Positions 55,663 to 64,000 of a stretch of 64,000 bases of DNA are shown piece by piece. Numbering within the stretch: the stretch's first letter is position 1; every line of letters starts with the position of its first letter. The DNA is from an uncultured Clostridia bacterium. GTDB lineage: Bacteria > Acidobacteriota > Aminicenantia > UBA2199. The stretch spans positions 23,318-87,317 of the forward strand of contig CAYXHZ010000005.1 of assembly GCA_964465065.1 (NCBI GenBank), read 5' to 3'. The position numbers and the translations under genes are program-made. The notes below the pieces were generated by a model that ran no database searches, was not told the DNA's origin, and was given only the letters and a program-made list of their open reading frames with translations.

Positions 55663-57908
55663 CTGAAAGGGAGGGGAAAATTCGCAACAAACTGGCGATC
55701 GTGTTTTGCTTATGTATGTATTGTCTGCCTGGTTACGGCGGTGAACCACCCGTTCGGCAAACGGTCGGGGAAATCGAGCACAGGCTGAAGACCGCTCCGG
55801 AACCGGACAAGGCCGCTTTGCTCAACCAGCTGGCCGCCATGATGGTCAGACAGGATGCTGCCAGGGCACTGCAGTATTCCGCTTTGGCTCTGGATCAGGC
55901 AAAAAAAAGCGATCAAAAAAAGGAGGCGGCTCAGGCCATCAAGGGCCAGGGCGTCGCTTTGATGGTGATGGAACGGTTCCAGGAGAGCTTGGCGGAATTT
56001 GAAAGAGCGGAAGCTTTGTTTTCGGAAATCGGTGAATCCGGAGAGAGAGCCCGTTGCCTGGGGTACTCGGCGATGGTCCTGTCGGGCTCGGGAAGACTCC
56101 GTGAGGCGGTACTGCGTGCTGAACAGGCCTTGCGCATATTTCGCGATGCGGATGACCAAAAGGGAATCGCCGCCGCCACCAACAACCTGGGCAGCTATCT
56201 GACCGAACTGGGAGAATACCAGGCGGCATTGAAGTATCACCTGGAATCTTTGCATATCGAGCAGGTCATCGACCGTAAAATCGGTATCGCCAACAACCTC
56301 AACAGTCTAGGGAATCTATACAGTAAACTGGGTGAACATCTCAAGGCACGTGATCATTATCAACGTTCCTTGCCTCTGTTTATGGAACTTGGCGACAAGG
56401 TCAGCGCTTCGTTGGTCATCAACAATATCGGCATCACTCTGGAAAGGACCGGTGACGACGAACAAGCCTTGAAACAGTACCGACAGGCTTTGGAAATGGC
56501 CAGGGAAACCGAAATCCTCAGTACTCAGTCGAATCCTCTGAACAATATAGGGGTTATTTTGGTCAAACGGGGAAAATACGAGGAGGCCCTGCAGAAATTC
56601 AAACAGGCGCTGGGAATCAGGCAAAAACTCGGGCAGAAAGCCGATCTGATTTTGGCGTATCACAATATTGCGGAAGTGTACCTCAAAATGGGACGCTCCG
56701 CCCAGGCCTTGGAGTATTTGCAGGACGCATTGGCAATCGCCCGGGAGGTCAAGTCCAATTCCTCTTTGGCCATGGTGTACCGCTTGATGGCTACGGCCTT
56801 TCACGATATGGGCCGGGAGCGGGAAGCCTATGAACATCAGGTTCTGTACAGCGACATGAGCGCAACCGTTCTGGATGAGCAGAAAAACAAGGCCATCGCC
56901 GAGATGGAGGCCGGTTACAGCCTGGATCAGAAGGAAAAGGAACTGGTTCTGCTCAAGAGGGACCGGGAACTGCAGCGGCTGCAGCTGGTCGGAACCCGGC
57001 AGCGGTTTTACATCGCCGCTCTGGCCGCACTGCTGGCCGTCATCGGCCTTTTCTGGCTGGGCAAACGCTACCGGCGCCTGTTCGTCTTTTGGAAAAAACG
57101 GAGTTATATCAGCCATTATCAGATGGGGGAGAGGCTGGGCGGCGGTGGCATCGGCGATGTCTACAAAGCCTACTCGGTCCGCGACGCCGGCCTACCGGTG
57201 GCCCTCAAACTGTTGCGCGAGGAGTCTTCCCGCGATCCGCTGCTGCGCAAACGTTTTCTCAACGAGGCCAAGGTGATCGACAGTCTGGATCATCCCAACA
57301 TCGTCCGGGTGCTGGAACGCGGCGAGACCAACGACCGGCTGTTTTTGGCCATGGAATTCATCGACGGCCGGACCCTGACCGATATCATCCGCGACAACCC
57401 GCGTCTGCCGGTCGGGTTCTGCGTCGAGGTGATGCGCCAGCTGCTGGACGCCGTCGAGACCCTGCACCTTCAAGGCATTCTGCACCGTGACCTCAAGCCC
57501 GACAACGTCATGGTTCTGGGCGGGCGGATCGATATGCCGCAGGTGAAGTTGATGGATTTCGACCTGGCCCGCGACCTGCGCCTGACCCCGCTGACCCAGA
57601 CCGGCGAGCTGCTCGGGACTCTGCCCTACATGCCGCCGGAGCGAATCAGCGGACAGATCTGCAACGAAGCCGGCGACCTCTACTCCCTGGGTGTACTCTT
57701 CTACGAGATGCTGACCGGCGAAAAGCCCTTTCCGGCCGATACGCCGGTGCAGGTCATGCAGCAGGTACTGGATTTACCTCCCGTCCCCGCCCGGCGTCTG
57801 CGCGGCGATATCTCCGAGCGGCTCGACGTTTTGGTGTCGTCACTTCTCGATAAAGACATGGCTTTGAGGCCTGACATACCCAGCATCCGCGCTTTGCTGA
57901 CAGTCTGA
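55659..57908 (+). CDS. TPR-repeat sensor - TM - Hanks-type Ser/Thr protein kinase
   Basis: ATG 55659 overlaps the EBP stop (ATGA). About 9 TPR units and a TM (FYIAALAALLAVIGLFWLG). Kinase subdomains present (LGGGGIGDVYKA..VALK, HRDLKPDNVMV, DFDLAR, LPYMPPE). The track start at 55470 is an upstream artefact. Confidence 0.8.
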   Translation: MTEREGKIRNKLAIVFCLCMYCLPGYGGEPPVRQTVGEIEHRLKTAPEPDKAALLNQLAAMMVRQDAARALQYSALALDQAKKSDQKKEAAQAIKGQGVALMVMERFQESLAEFERAEALFSEIGESGERARCLGYSAMVLSGSGRLREAVLRAEQALRIFRDADDQKGIAAATNNLGSYLTELGEYQAALKYHLESLHIEQVIDRKIGIANNLNSLGNLYSKLGEHLKARDHYQRSLPLFMELGDKVSASLVINNIGITLERTGDDEQALKQYRQALEMARETEILSTQSNPLNNIGVILVKRGKYEEALQKFKQALGIRQKLGQKADLILAYHNIAEVYLKMGRSAQALEYLQDALAIAREVKSNSSLAMVYRLMATAFHDMGREREAYEHQVLYSDMSATVLDEQKNKAIAEMEAGYSLDQKEKELVLLKRDRELQRLQLVGTRQRFYIAALAALLAVIGLFWLGKRYRRLFVFWKKRSYISHYQMGERLGGGGIGDVYKAYSVRDAGLPVALKLLREESSRDPLLRKRFLNEAKVIDSLDHPNIVRVLERGETNDRLFLAMEFIDGRTLTDIIRDNPRLPVGFCVEVMRQLLDAVETLHLQGILHRDLKPDNVMVLGGRIDMPQVKLMDFDLARDLRLTPLTQTGELLGTLPYMPPERISGQICNEAGDLYSLGVLFYEMLTGEKPFPADTPVQVMQQVLDLPPVPARRLRGDISERLDVLVSSLLDKDMALRPDIPSIRALLTV

Positions 57909-58023
57909 CGGGCATACCTGACCGGGTATACGGATAGTCTCCGGGGTAGCCGCGTTACGGATTCAGTCGCTTCCATCCAGTGAAAATGACCGATAGATAA
58001 GCATAAATATTTTTCATGCACTT

Positions 58024-58039
58024 TGGTATCTGATTTGCA
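58024..58039 (+). promoter_or_regulatory. candidate sigma54 (-24/-12) promoter TGGTAT-N5-TTGCA
   Basis: tggtatctgatttgca has GG and GC at the spacing of the consensus TGGCAC-N5-TTGC. About 11 nt upstream of ATG 58050. An imperfect inverted repeat catacc..ggtata lies at 57913-57931, about 100 bp upstream, as a possible activator site. Confidence 0.35.
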
Positions 58040-58049
58040 GAGCAAGCGC

Positions 58050-58463
58050 ATGATAAAACCCGGCAGCGTTGACCGTGTCGCCCATTTGCCTCTCCTGTCT
58101 CTGCTCTTGGGGACGATGCCGGAATGCGTCCGCCTGCTGCAGCGGCAGCGGTTCGCTTATTGCCGGGCCAACCTGGAATTCGCCGCTTGGATGAATCTGA
58201 CCGGCTGGGCAGATGTGCAGCGGAGCTTGTGGAAGAGGGGACTTACCTGCTGGGTCCAAGAAGGGCAGGCCTGTCTGTGGTGCTACGGCGCAGGCCAGAT
58301 CGAGGAAGACGAGCTGTTCGCTTTTTGCCGGCTGCTGTGGGAGTCCGGCGAGTACGGTCAGAAGCTGCGTCTGCTCCTGCATCGCCGGGATCGTCCCCAT
58401 CAGCTGCTGGTCATATCCAAGCGTGATTTTTTTCATACAGAGGAAAGGAGGATGGCACAATGA
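58050..58463 (+). CDS. hypothetical small Trp/Cys-rich protein
   Basis: 137 aa, high GC3. It ends ..GAGGAAAGGAGGATGGCACAATGA, which supplies the RBS and ATGA overlap for the next gene. No own RBS. Start uncertain (TTG 58023 in track). Confidence 0.35.
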   Translation: MIKPGSVDRVAHLPLLSLLLGTMPECVRLLQRQRFAYCRANLEFAAWMNLTGWADVQRSLWKRGLTCWVQEGQACLWCYGAGQIEEDELFAFCRLLWESGEYGQKLRLLLHRRDRPHQLLVISKRDFFHTEERRMAQ

Positions 58464-59479
58464 AAAAATGCACCGTGATCTTATGGTTTGCGGTTTTCGG
58501 CATCGGCATTTTGCCCGGTTTCGGGCGCGTCTTGCAAGCGGCGGATGAATCGCCGAGCCTGTTGACCCTGTCGGCCGGATACGGAATTCCCTTCGGCCAT
58601 ATCGGGTTGAACGTCGAAGTCAATCCGCTTCTGCCGGAGAACTTGCATCATTTCAACAACTATCTCAGTTTCGATCTGGGCATCGGTGTCAAGCGCCAGG
58701 GTTTGCTGCTCAGCATGGGCGGCAATGTCTACCCCCTGGGCCGTGCGGGGCGATTCGTGCCGCGTTTTTCCTTTCATTACGCCAAAGTCGACCGCATCCT
58801 GGATGAGTGGTCCGGGCTCGATGAGGAGTACGACACCATCGAAGCCTTATGCCTGGGCGGCGGTTTGAGCGTCCGACTCGGCGACCGGCTGGCTGTGCGT
58901 GCCGACCTGTTCTACCTGTTCCACATCTACGATGATGTCGATGCCGAGGAAATCGGCGGCCGTTTCAAACTGGCCGTCGGCCTTCAATACAATTTTTCCA
59001 CCGCTGCGGCCAGTCGACCCGACTCCGGACTGAGCGAACACGATCCGGCCTTTTTACAGGTCGGTCTTGGACTGGGGATTCCGTACGGCGGTATCGGCGT
59101 CAATCTGGAATTTTCTCCTCACCTGCCTGGAAGCGTCGGTCAGAGTCTGCACCGTTACGGCAGCCTCCTGATCGGCAGCGGTTTCACCGGCGCAGGCAGC
59201 GCCTATTCCATCGGTTTGCGCATATACCCGTTCGGCAAGGACAGGCGCTACCGACCCCGCATCGGCTTCCATTACGGCACAGTTGCCGTGCTCGAATGGT
59301 GGGGCGGCGATTCCAGCAACCTGGAAGGGGCAGCCCTGTCGGCCGGATTGCTCTGGAAAATCAGCCAGTGTTGGGCGATCGACGCCGACCTTCTCTACAT
59401 CGCCAAGGTGTCGGGCTGGGATCAGGATGACCTCGACTCGCTGCTCAAAATGTCGGTCGGTATCCGGCTTTTGTTGTAA
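58460..59479 (+). CDS. secreted protein with internal tandem duplication (putative outer-membrane beta-barrel-like)
   Basis: Signal peptide MKKCTVILWFAVFGIGILPGFG. Two ~150-aa repeats (LSAGYGIPFGHIGLNVEVNP..RFVPRFSFHYAKV.. and LQVGLGLGIPYGGIGVNLEFSP..RYRPRIGFHYGTV..). Alternating hydrophobic pattern. Ends in LL. Confidence 0.5.
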   Translation: MKKCTVILWFAVFGIGILPGFGRVLQAADESPSLLTLSAGYGIPFGHIGLNVEVNPLLPENLHHFNNYLSFDLGIGVKRQGLLLSMGGNVYPLGRAGRFVPRFSFHYAKVDRILDEWSGLDEEYDTIEALCLGGGLSVRLGDRLAVRADLFYLFHIYDDVDAEEIGGRFKLAVGLQYNFSTAAASRPDSGLSEHDPAFLQVGLGLGIPYGGIGVNLEFSPHLPGSVGQSLHRYGSLLIGSGFTGAGSAYSIGLRIYPFGKDRRYRPRIGFHYGTVAVLEWWGGDSSNLEGAALSAGLLWKISQCWAIDADLLYIAKVSGWDQDDLDSLLKMSVGIRLLL

Positions 59480-59490
59480 AGGAGCTTGAA

Positions 59491-60654
59491 ATGACCATGC
59501 GTAAAATGTTGGGATTGGCCTTGATCGTTGTCTATACCGCCCCGTTTCTGCTCTTGGCGATCGGTTCCCGGGAAAGTGCAATGCCATGGCTTATGGCGGG
59601 CATATTTCTTGTTCTGCCGGTTTTTTCCTGCCGTTACGCGGTAGGGCAGTTGCAGAGGCAGAGTTACATCAGCTGGTTCTTTCTCGGAATGCTGCCCCAT
59701 GTACCGTTTCTGCTGTTGCTGGAGAAGCCGGTTGCGCCAAAGGTGTTTCGCACGGACATGAAAATCGCCGGTCAGGAGCCCTCCAGCCATGGCCTGGGTG
59801 AATTGACCGCCTTTTACACGGTGGCAGCTCATAGTCATCTGGCCTGGAAGATCGCCTCGGTCTTTCTGGCGTTTCTGCTGTCTCCGATTCTGGTGCTGCC
59901 CTTCCTGAGTCCGGGCAAGCCTGCCAGTCCGGCGGCCACCCTGATGCCTTTCGTCTTGATACTGGTACTGGCGCTTCTGTTCGTCTGGTTGGTCAACCGC
60001 CAGGAGAAGAAAACCGGTCGACGCTGGGTGGCGCTCTTCAGCGAAGGTCTGGTCTGTGCCTGGCCGGACGAGCAGATCCGTCAGGTCCGCTGGAGCGATG
60101 TCCAGGAGGTCTGGCAGGAGTTCCGGGATCAGTATGTCAACGGCATCCGTACCGTCCATCACCGTCGCTGCCGTCTGCAGGCCGCACAGCTGAAATCCGG
60201 CCTGGAGTTCACCGAAAGGCTGCAGGGCGTGGAAGAGTTGACCGCCCGGATCCATGAACGGGTCAGTCCGTTCCAAATCCAGCGGATGGGCGACGCCCTG
60301 GCCGCCGGGCAGACCGTGACTTTTGGGAAAAAATTGTCTGTGTCCGAACAGGGGATTGCGCTCAAACGGGACCTGCTGCCCTGGTCGGAACTGGCCGGAG
60401 TCTACCTGAACAGCGGCTTTGTGGTCATCGCCCGCCATGCCCGCTCGGGCGCCGAGGCCCGGGTCAGGAAAACGACCCAGGGTTTGTCGGCCTTCGCCAC
60501 CCGTATCGTCGGCACGGCCCAGCCGTACGCGCCGGGCGGAGACGCCGTCATCTGGAAAAAGACACCTGTCGATCAGACCGCCAACCCGGTCGCCCTGACG
60601 ATTCTGGTCGGCGGCATCCTGAAGGAACTTTCCCCTCAGGCGCTGGCCGAATGA
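59491..60654 (+). CDS. hypothetical polytopic inner-membrane protein with C-terminal soluble domain
   Basis: AAGGAGC RBS. About 5 TM segments in the first 170 aa, then a ~215-aa soluble region. No family recognised. Confidence 0.5.
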   Translation: MTMRKMLGLALIVVYTAPFLLLAIGSRESAMPWLMAGIFLVLPVFSCRYAVGQLQRQSYISWFFLGMLPHVPFLLLLEKPVAPKVFRTDMKIAGQEPSSHGLGELTAFYTVAAHSHLAWKIASVFLAFLLSPILVLPFLSPGKPASPAATLMPFVLILVLALLFVWLVNRQEKKTGRRWVALFSEGLVCAWPDEQIRQVRWSDVQEVWQEFRDQYVNGIRTVHHRRCRLQAAQLKSGLEFTERLQGVEELTARIHERVSPFQIQRMGDALAAGQTVTFGKKLSVSEQGIALKRDLLPWSELAGVYLNSGFVVIARHARSGAEARVRKTTQGLSAFATRIVGTAQPYAPGGDAVIWKKTPVDQTANPVALTILVGGILKELSPQALAE

Positions 60655-60669
60655 GTCGAGGAGGAAAAC

Positions 60670-61125
60670 ATGAAACCATTTCACCTTGTCTTGTCCTGCG
60701 CCTGGTTCGTTCTTTGGGCAATGTCTTGGGGCTGCGGCAAGCAAGCCGCGCCGGTGCTGAGCGAAACGGAGTACAAAGCCGCCTGCGTGCCGCTGAACAT
60801 CGCCGAACTGACCCGGGACGCGGCCCGTTTCAAAGGTCGAAAAGTCTGCTGTAGCGGACAGATCCTGGTGATGGATTTTCCCAAGGAAAGCGCACGGGGG
60901 AAAACCCCGTACGGCATCATTCTCTCGGTCCCGGATGAGGGCAAGACTCTGGAAAGCGGAGTTCTTCCGTTGTATATTTCTTTCGATGGACGAACCGACA
61001 GTTTCATCTACGACCAGGTGACCATCTACGGCGAGGTGTACGGGGATTTCGTCTATCAGTCGGCCGCGATTCGAGAAAAAAAACTGCCGCGGATCGATGT
61101 CAGATACCTGGTCAAGTCGAAATAG
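60670..61125 (+). CDS. hypothetical lipoprotein
   Basis: GAGGAGG RBS. Signal peptide with lipobox (..LWAMSWGCGKQ). 151 aa. Confidence 0.5.
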   Translation: MKPFHLVLSCAWFVLWAMSWGCGKQAAPVLSETEYKAACVPLNIAELTRDAARFKGRKVCCSGQILVMDFPKESARGKTPYGIILSVPDEGKTLESGVLPLYISFDGRTDSFIYDQVTIYGEVYGDFVYQSAAIREKKLPRIDVRYLVKSK

Positions 61126-61257
61126 TTTTTTCCAGGTTGCTGAGGCGTCATGGCGGCCGTCCCCGGTATCTTGCGGGGCATGGTCCGGAAAAACGGCGCC
61201 TCTTATTGACAGAGAACTCGTTTTGCGGTATTTTCTAGTCGTCAATCGAACGGGAAC

Positions 61258-61330
61258 GGGGACGTAGCTCAGTTGGGAGAGCGTGGCGTTCGCAATGCCA
61301 AGGCCGTGGGTTCGAGCCCCATCGTCTCCA
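61258..61330 (+). tRNA. tRNA-Ala: tRNA-Ala (anticodon CGC)
   Basis: Manual cloverleaf fold. Acceptor GGGGACG/CGTCTCC with the G3:U70 Ala identity pair. D-arm gctc-agttggga-gagc. Anticodon arm tggcg-ttCGCaa-tgcca. T-arm gtggg-ttcgagc-cccat. Discriminator A. 73 nt, CCA not encoded. Confidence 0.8.
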
Positions 61331-61445
61331 CTTTTCCTTCGAAACGCCGGGGGCGATGCAGCAAAATCCAGCAAATCGACGGTAAACTCTTGACGTAAAT
61401 CTCCATAAAAGGGAAAATTACAGTTTAACAAACTGGAGACTACAG

Positions 61446-62918
61446 ATGATACCGATTATCGACCGTGTACTCGACTCAAAGACTTTGGACAAAACCATCG
61501 CTCATTTCCGGGAACGGGGCATCATCCTGCCGACTTTCGCCCAGCAGCGTGACCCGAACCTGATACCCGATACAATCAAGGACAAGCTCAAAGGCATCGG
61601 CTTGTGGGACCTGCATCCGCTCAACCTGTTCCGCATCACCTGGAAGAACGAACCCAAAAAGACGGGCGGTCTGTTCGGACCCGTCAACTACCTCGAACTG
61701 CCGTCGCAGCTGACCGGTGTTGCGGCGCGTATCGTGCTGCTCATCGGCAAATGGTTTCCCACCGGCGCCCACAAGGTCGGCGCCGCCTACGGCTGCCTGG
61801 TGCCGCGCCTGGTCAGCGGTCAGTTCGATCCCACCTATCACAAGGCTGTCTGGCCGTCCACTGGAAACTATTGCCGCGGCGGCGCCTTCGACTCCTACCT
61901 CATGGGCTGTACGGCGGTGGCCATCCTGCCCGAGATGATGAGCCGCGAACGCTTCGATTGGCTCAAGGGCGTCGGCGCCGAAGTGATCGCCACTCCGGGT
62001 TGCGAGTCCAACGTCAAGGAAATTTACGACAAGTGCTGGGAAATCCGCAAAACCCGGCCGGATTGCGTCATTTTTAACCAGTTCGACGAGTTCGGAAACT
62101 CCTGCTGGCATTATCACAACACCGGCGCCGCCATCGAGGAACTGTTTCAGCGCATCGCCGGCTCCGATTCGACCCTGGCCGCTTACGTATCGTCGACCGG
62201 CTCTGCAGGCACCATCGCCGCCGGCGACTACCTGCGTACGAAATTTCCGTTCCTGAAAGTAGTGGCCGCCGAAGCGCGTCAGTGTCCGACCCTGCTGCAG
62301 AACGGTTTTGGCGGACACCGTATCGAGGGCATCGGCGACAAGCACGTTCCCTGGGTTCACAACGTCCGCAACACCGATGCCGTCGCAGCCATCGACGATG
62401 AGGACTGCATGCGCATTTTCCGCCTGTTCAACGAACCGGCCGGTCTGGCGCGTCTGGCGGCTGCGGGTTTGAGCGAAGAGCTGATCGGACAATTGAATCT
62501 TCTGGGTATTTCGGGCATCGCCAACGTGCTGTCGGCCATCAAGGCCGCCAGGCACTTCGAGATGAGCTCGGACGACATCATCATCACTCTGGCTACGGAT
62601 TCGGCCGACCTGTACGGTTCGCGCCTGCAGGAATTGACGGCTGAACGAGGCGGATACAGCGATATTATGGCTGGTTGCGACCTGGAACGCTGCCTTTGGG
62701 GTCAGGGTCAGGATTTCTTCAAGGAGTTGAGTTATACCGACCGCAAGGCCATCCACAACCTGAAATACTTCACCTGGGTCGAACAGCAGGGCAAGGAGAT
62801 CGAGGATCTCAATCAACTCTGGCAGGATCGGAGATTGTGGTCCAAGCTGTTCGGGCAGGTGGCGCGCTGGGATGAAATGATCGACTCCTTCAACGAAAGG
62901 ACCGGGCTCAGCAAATAG
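61446..62918 (+). CDS. PLP-dependent fold-type II enzyme (cysteine synthase/CBS family-like) with N- and C-terminal extensions
   Basis: Blocks resemble the CysK family: Lys-containing PTGAHKVGAAYG, STGNYCRGGAFDSYLMGCTAVAILPEMMSRERFDWLKGVGAEVI, SSTGSAGTIAAGDYL, HRIEGIGD. At 490 aa it is longer than CysK. GGAGAC RBS. Confidence 0.7.
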   Translation: MIPIIDRVLDSKTLDKTIAHFRERGIILPTFAQQRDPNLIPDTIKDKLKGIGLWDLHPLNLFRITWKNEPKKTGGLFGPVNYLELPSQLTGVAARIVLLIGKWFPTGAHKVGAAYGCLVPRLVSGQFDPTYHKAVWPSTGNYCRGGAFDSYLMGCTAVAILPEMMSRERFDWLKGVGAEVIATPGCESNVKEIYDKCWEIRKTRPDCVIFNQFDEFGNSCWHYHNTGAAIEELFQRIAGSDSTLAAYVSSTGSAGTIAAGDYLRTKFPFLKVVAAEARQCPTLLQNGFGGHRIEGIGDKHVPWVHNVRNTDAVAAIDDEDCMRIFRLFNEPAGLARLAAAGLSEELIGQLNLLGISGIANVLSAIKAARHFEMSSDDIIITLATDSADLYGSRLQELTAERGGYSDIMAGCDLERCLWGQGQDFFKELSYTDRKAIHNLKYFTWVEQQGKEIEDLNQLWQDRRLWSKLFGQVARWDEMIDSFNERTGLSK

Positions 62919-62928
62919 ACTTGCCGAC

Positions 62929-64000
62929 ATGTCCAGGACACTGATTCGTTCCGGCTTGATTGTCAGCGACGGGCGCAGTTTTTTCGGCGATATCCTGATC
63001 GTCGACGAGAAAATCATGGCCATCGCTCCGGAACTCGATGCCGGACATGACTGCGATCGGGTCATCGACGCGTCGGGCTGCCAGGTCTTTCCCGGCGGTG
63101 TGGATGCCCACGTCCACCTCGAACTTCAAGCCGCCAGCGGGACCAGTTGCGATGATTTCGCCAGCGGCAGCCGGGCGGCCCTGGCCGGCGGTACGACCAC
63201 CATTATGGATTTCGTCACACCCGGCCGCGCTGAATCCCTCTCAGAGGCGCTGCAGGCGCGCAAGGCGGCCGCACAGAAATCCCTGTGCGATTACGGTCTG
63301 CACATGAGCGTCACCTCCTGGCGCGACACGATTTCGGCCGAGCTGGAATTCTGCCGTGACCAGGGCGTTTTTTCAGTCAAGACTTACCTGGCTTACAAAG
63401 AGACCGTCGGCCTGGACGACGACGAGTTTCTGGCCGTCCTGGACGCCGCTCGCCGCCTGAACCTGCTGGTCATGGTGCATGCCGAGGCCGGCGATATGGT
63501 TGCCTACCTGCAGAAACAGCTGCTGGCGCAGGGCCGGAAAGCGGCGCGCTATCACCCGCTTTCCCGTCCGGCCGATGTGGAAGGCGATGCCGTGCGCAGG
63601 GCTCTTTTGATGGCCAGACTGGCCGGTGTGCCCCTGTACATTGTCCATGTTTCCAGTCGTCAGGGCGTCCAGGCCATCGCCGAGGCACGTCAGCAGGGAC
63701 AGACGGCGATCGGGGAAAGCTGCCCGCAGTACCTGCTGCTCGACGAAAGCCGTTACCAAGGGGAGGATGCCGCCGACTTCGTTCTCAGCCCGCCGCTGCG
63801 GGATCCGGAGCATCAGGAGGCGTTGTGGCAGGCTCTGGTGCAGGGTGTCATCCAGACGGTGGCCACCGATCACTGCCCGTTCACCAGGGCCGACAAGGCG
63901 AAGCACTCGACCAGCGATTTCAGCCGCATTCCCAACGGCGGCGACGGTATCGAATACCGTTTGCCGCTGCTGTACACCTACGGGGTCGGGAGCGGGAAAA
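62929..64000 (+). CDS. dihydropyrimidinase/D-hydantoinase-family cyclic amidohydrolase (3' end beyond window)
   Basis: N-terminal metal-binding pattern ..VIDASGCQVFPGGVDAHVHLE.. Later segments FSVKTYLAYKE (the carbamylated-Lys region in hydantoinases), MVHAE, YIVHVSS, TDHCPF. No stop before position 64000. Confidence 0.75.
   Translation, partial: MSRTLIRSGLIVSDGRSFFGDILIVDEKIMAIAPELDAGHDCDRVIDASGCQVFPGGVDAHVHLELQAASGTSCDDFASGSRAALAGGTTTIMDFVTPGRAESLSEALQARKAAAQKSLCDYGLHMSVTSWRDTISAELEFCRDQGVFSVKTYLAYKETVGLDDDEFLAVLDAARRLNLLVMVHAEAGDMVAYLQKQLLAQGRKAARYHPLSRPADVEGDAVRRALLMARLAGVPLYIVHVSSRQGVQAIAEARQQGQTAIGESCPQYLLLDESRYQGEDAADFVLSPPLRDPEHQEALWQALVQGVIQTVATDHCPFTRADKAKHSTSDFSRIPNGGDGIEYRLPLLYTYGVGSGK

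Noticed and set aside
58014-58460. 148-aa minus-strand ORF opposite the small 58050-58463 gene
   Set aside because: The plus-strand ORF has high GC3 and provides the RBS and ATGA coupling for the next gene. The minus ORF would have no partner and would overlap the candidate sigma54 promoter. Both remain low-confidence.
59422-61431. 669-aa minus-strand ORF
   Set aside because: It runs antisense across three plus-strand genes that have good RBSs, and across the tRNA-Ala gene, so it cannot be a real CDS.
61200-61450. Possible integrative element at the tRNA-Ala gene
   Set aside because: No integrase, recombinase, direct repeat of the tRNA 3' end, or phage or transposon genes are detectable on either side. 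Flanking genes have native composition.
1-64000. CRISPR arrays, rRNA genes, insertion sequences
   Set aside because: No regularly spaced direct repeats, no rRNA-like conserved stretches, and no transposase or integrase-like ORFs were seen on reading both strands.

Overview
High-GC (roughly 60-65%) bacterial chromosomal segment, densely coded on both strands, with many 1-4 nt stop/start overlaps indicating operons. The envelope gene content (TolC-RND-MFP, LolCDE/MacAB-like ABC system, secretin-N protein, lipoproteins) points to a Gram-negative lineage. The window contains no transposase, integrase, CRISPR array or rRNA. Recognisable content runs as follows. At the 5' edge a dGTPase-like HD-domain gene (partial) and a membrane M28 peptidase. 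Then a GntR-SPFH pair and a TetR-TolC-MFP-RND efflux operon. Next two sensory GGDEF diguanylate cyclases flanking a large secreted VIT-vWA protein, followed by a DinB-family gene. Then a minus-strand operon of secreted proteins including two tandem CAP-domain paralogues. After that a HlyD/FtsX-type permease/ABC ATPase tripartite system, an ECF sigma/anti-sigma/secretin-N-like triad, an alpha/beta hydrolase with an AraC regulator, and a HEAT-repeat protein convergent with an Hsp15-like S4 protein. Next comes an anaerobic class III ribonucleotide reductase locus (nrdD, a separate small ORF carrying the glycyl-radical motif, nrdG). Directly after it sits a ~1000-aa APH-kinase/M23/class-III-aminotransferase fusion. 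A lower-GC DUF5700 gene, a CGNR zinc-finger protein, an EamA transporter and a secreted M24B aminopeptidase follow. A long plus-strand thiol-related run is then visible: a non-canonical MBL hydrolase, bshC-bshB1-bshA, a heterodimeric ABC exporter, a Cys-motif protein and a nitroreductase. Further on lie a large unknown membrane protein and a ~900-bp low-GC cassette spanning the junction of two translationally coupled unknown genes. A sigma54 activator coupled to a TPR Ser/Thr kinase comes next, and a candidate -24/-12 promoter then heads a four-gene envelope operon of unknowns. The window ends with tRNA-Ala(CGC), a CysK-like PLP enzyme and a partial hydantoinase/dihydropyrimidinase. Most notable for follow-up are the low-GC two-gene cassette, the split nrdD glycyl-radical ORF, the tri-domain fusion beside nrdDG, the bacillithiol/exporter super-operon, and the sigma54-EBP/STK module next to a sigma54-type promoter driving an uncharacterised envelope operon.
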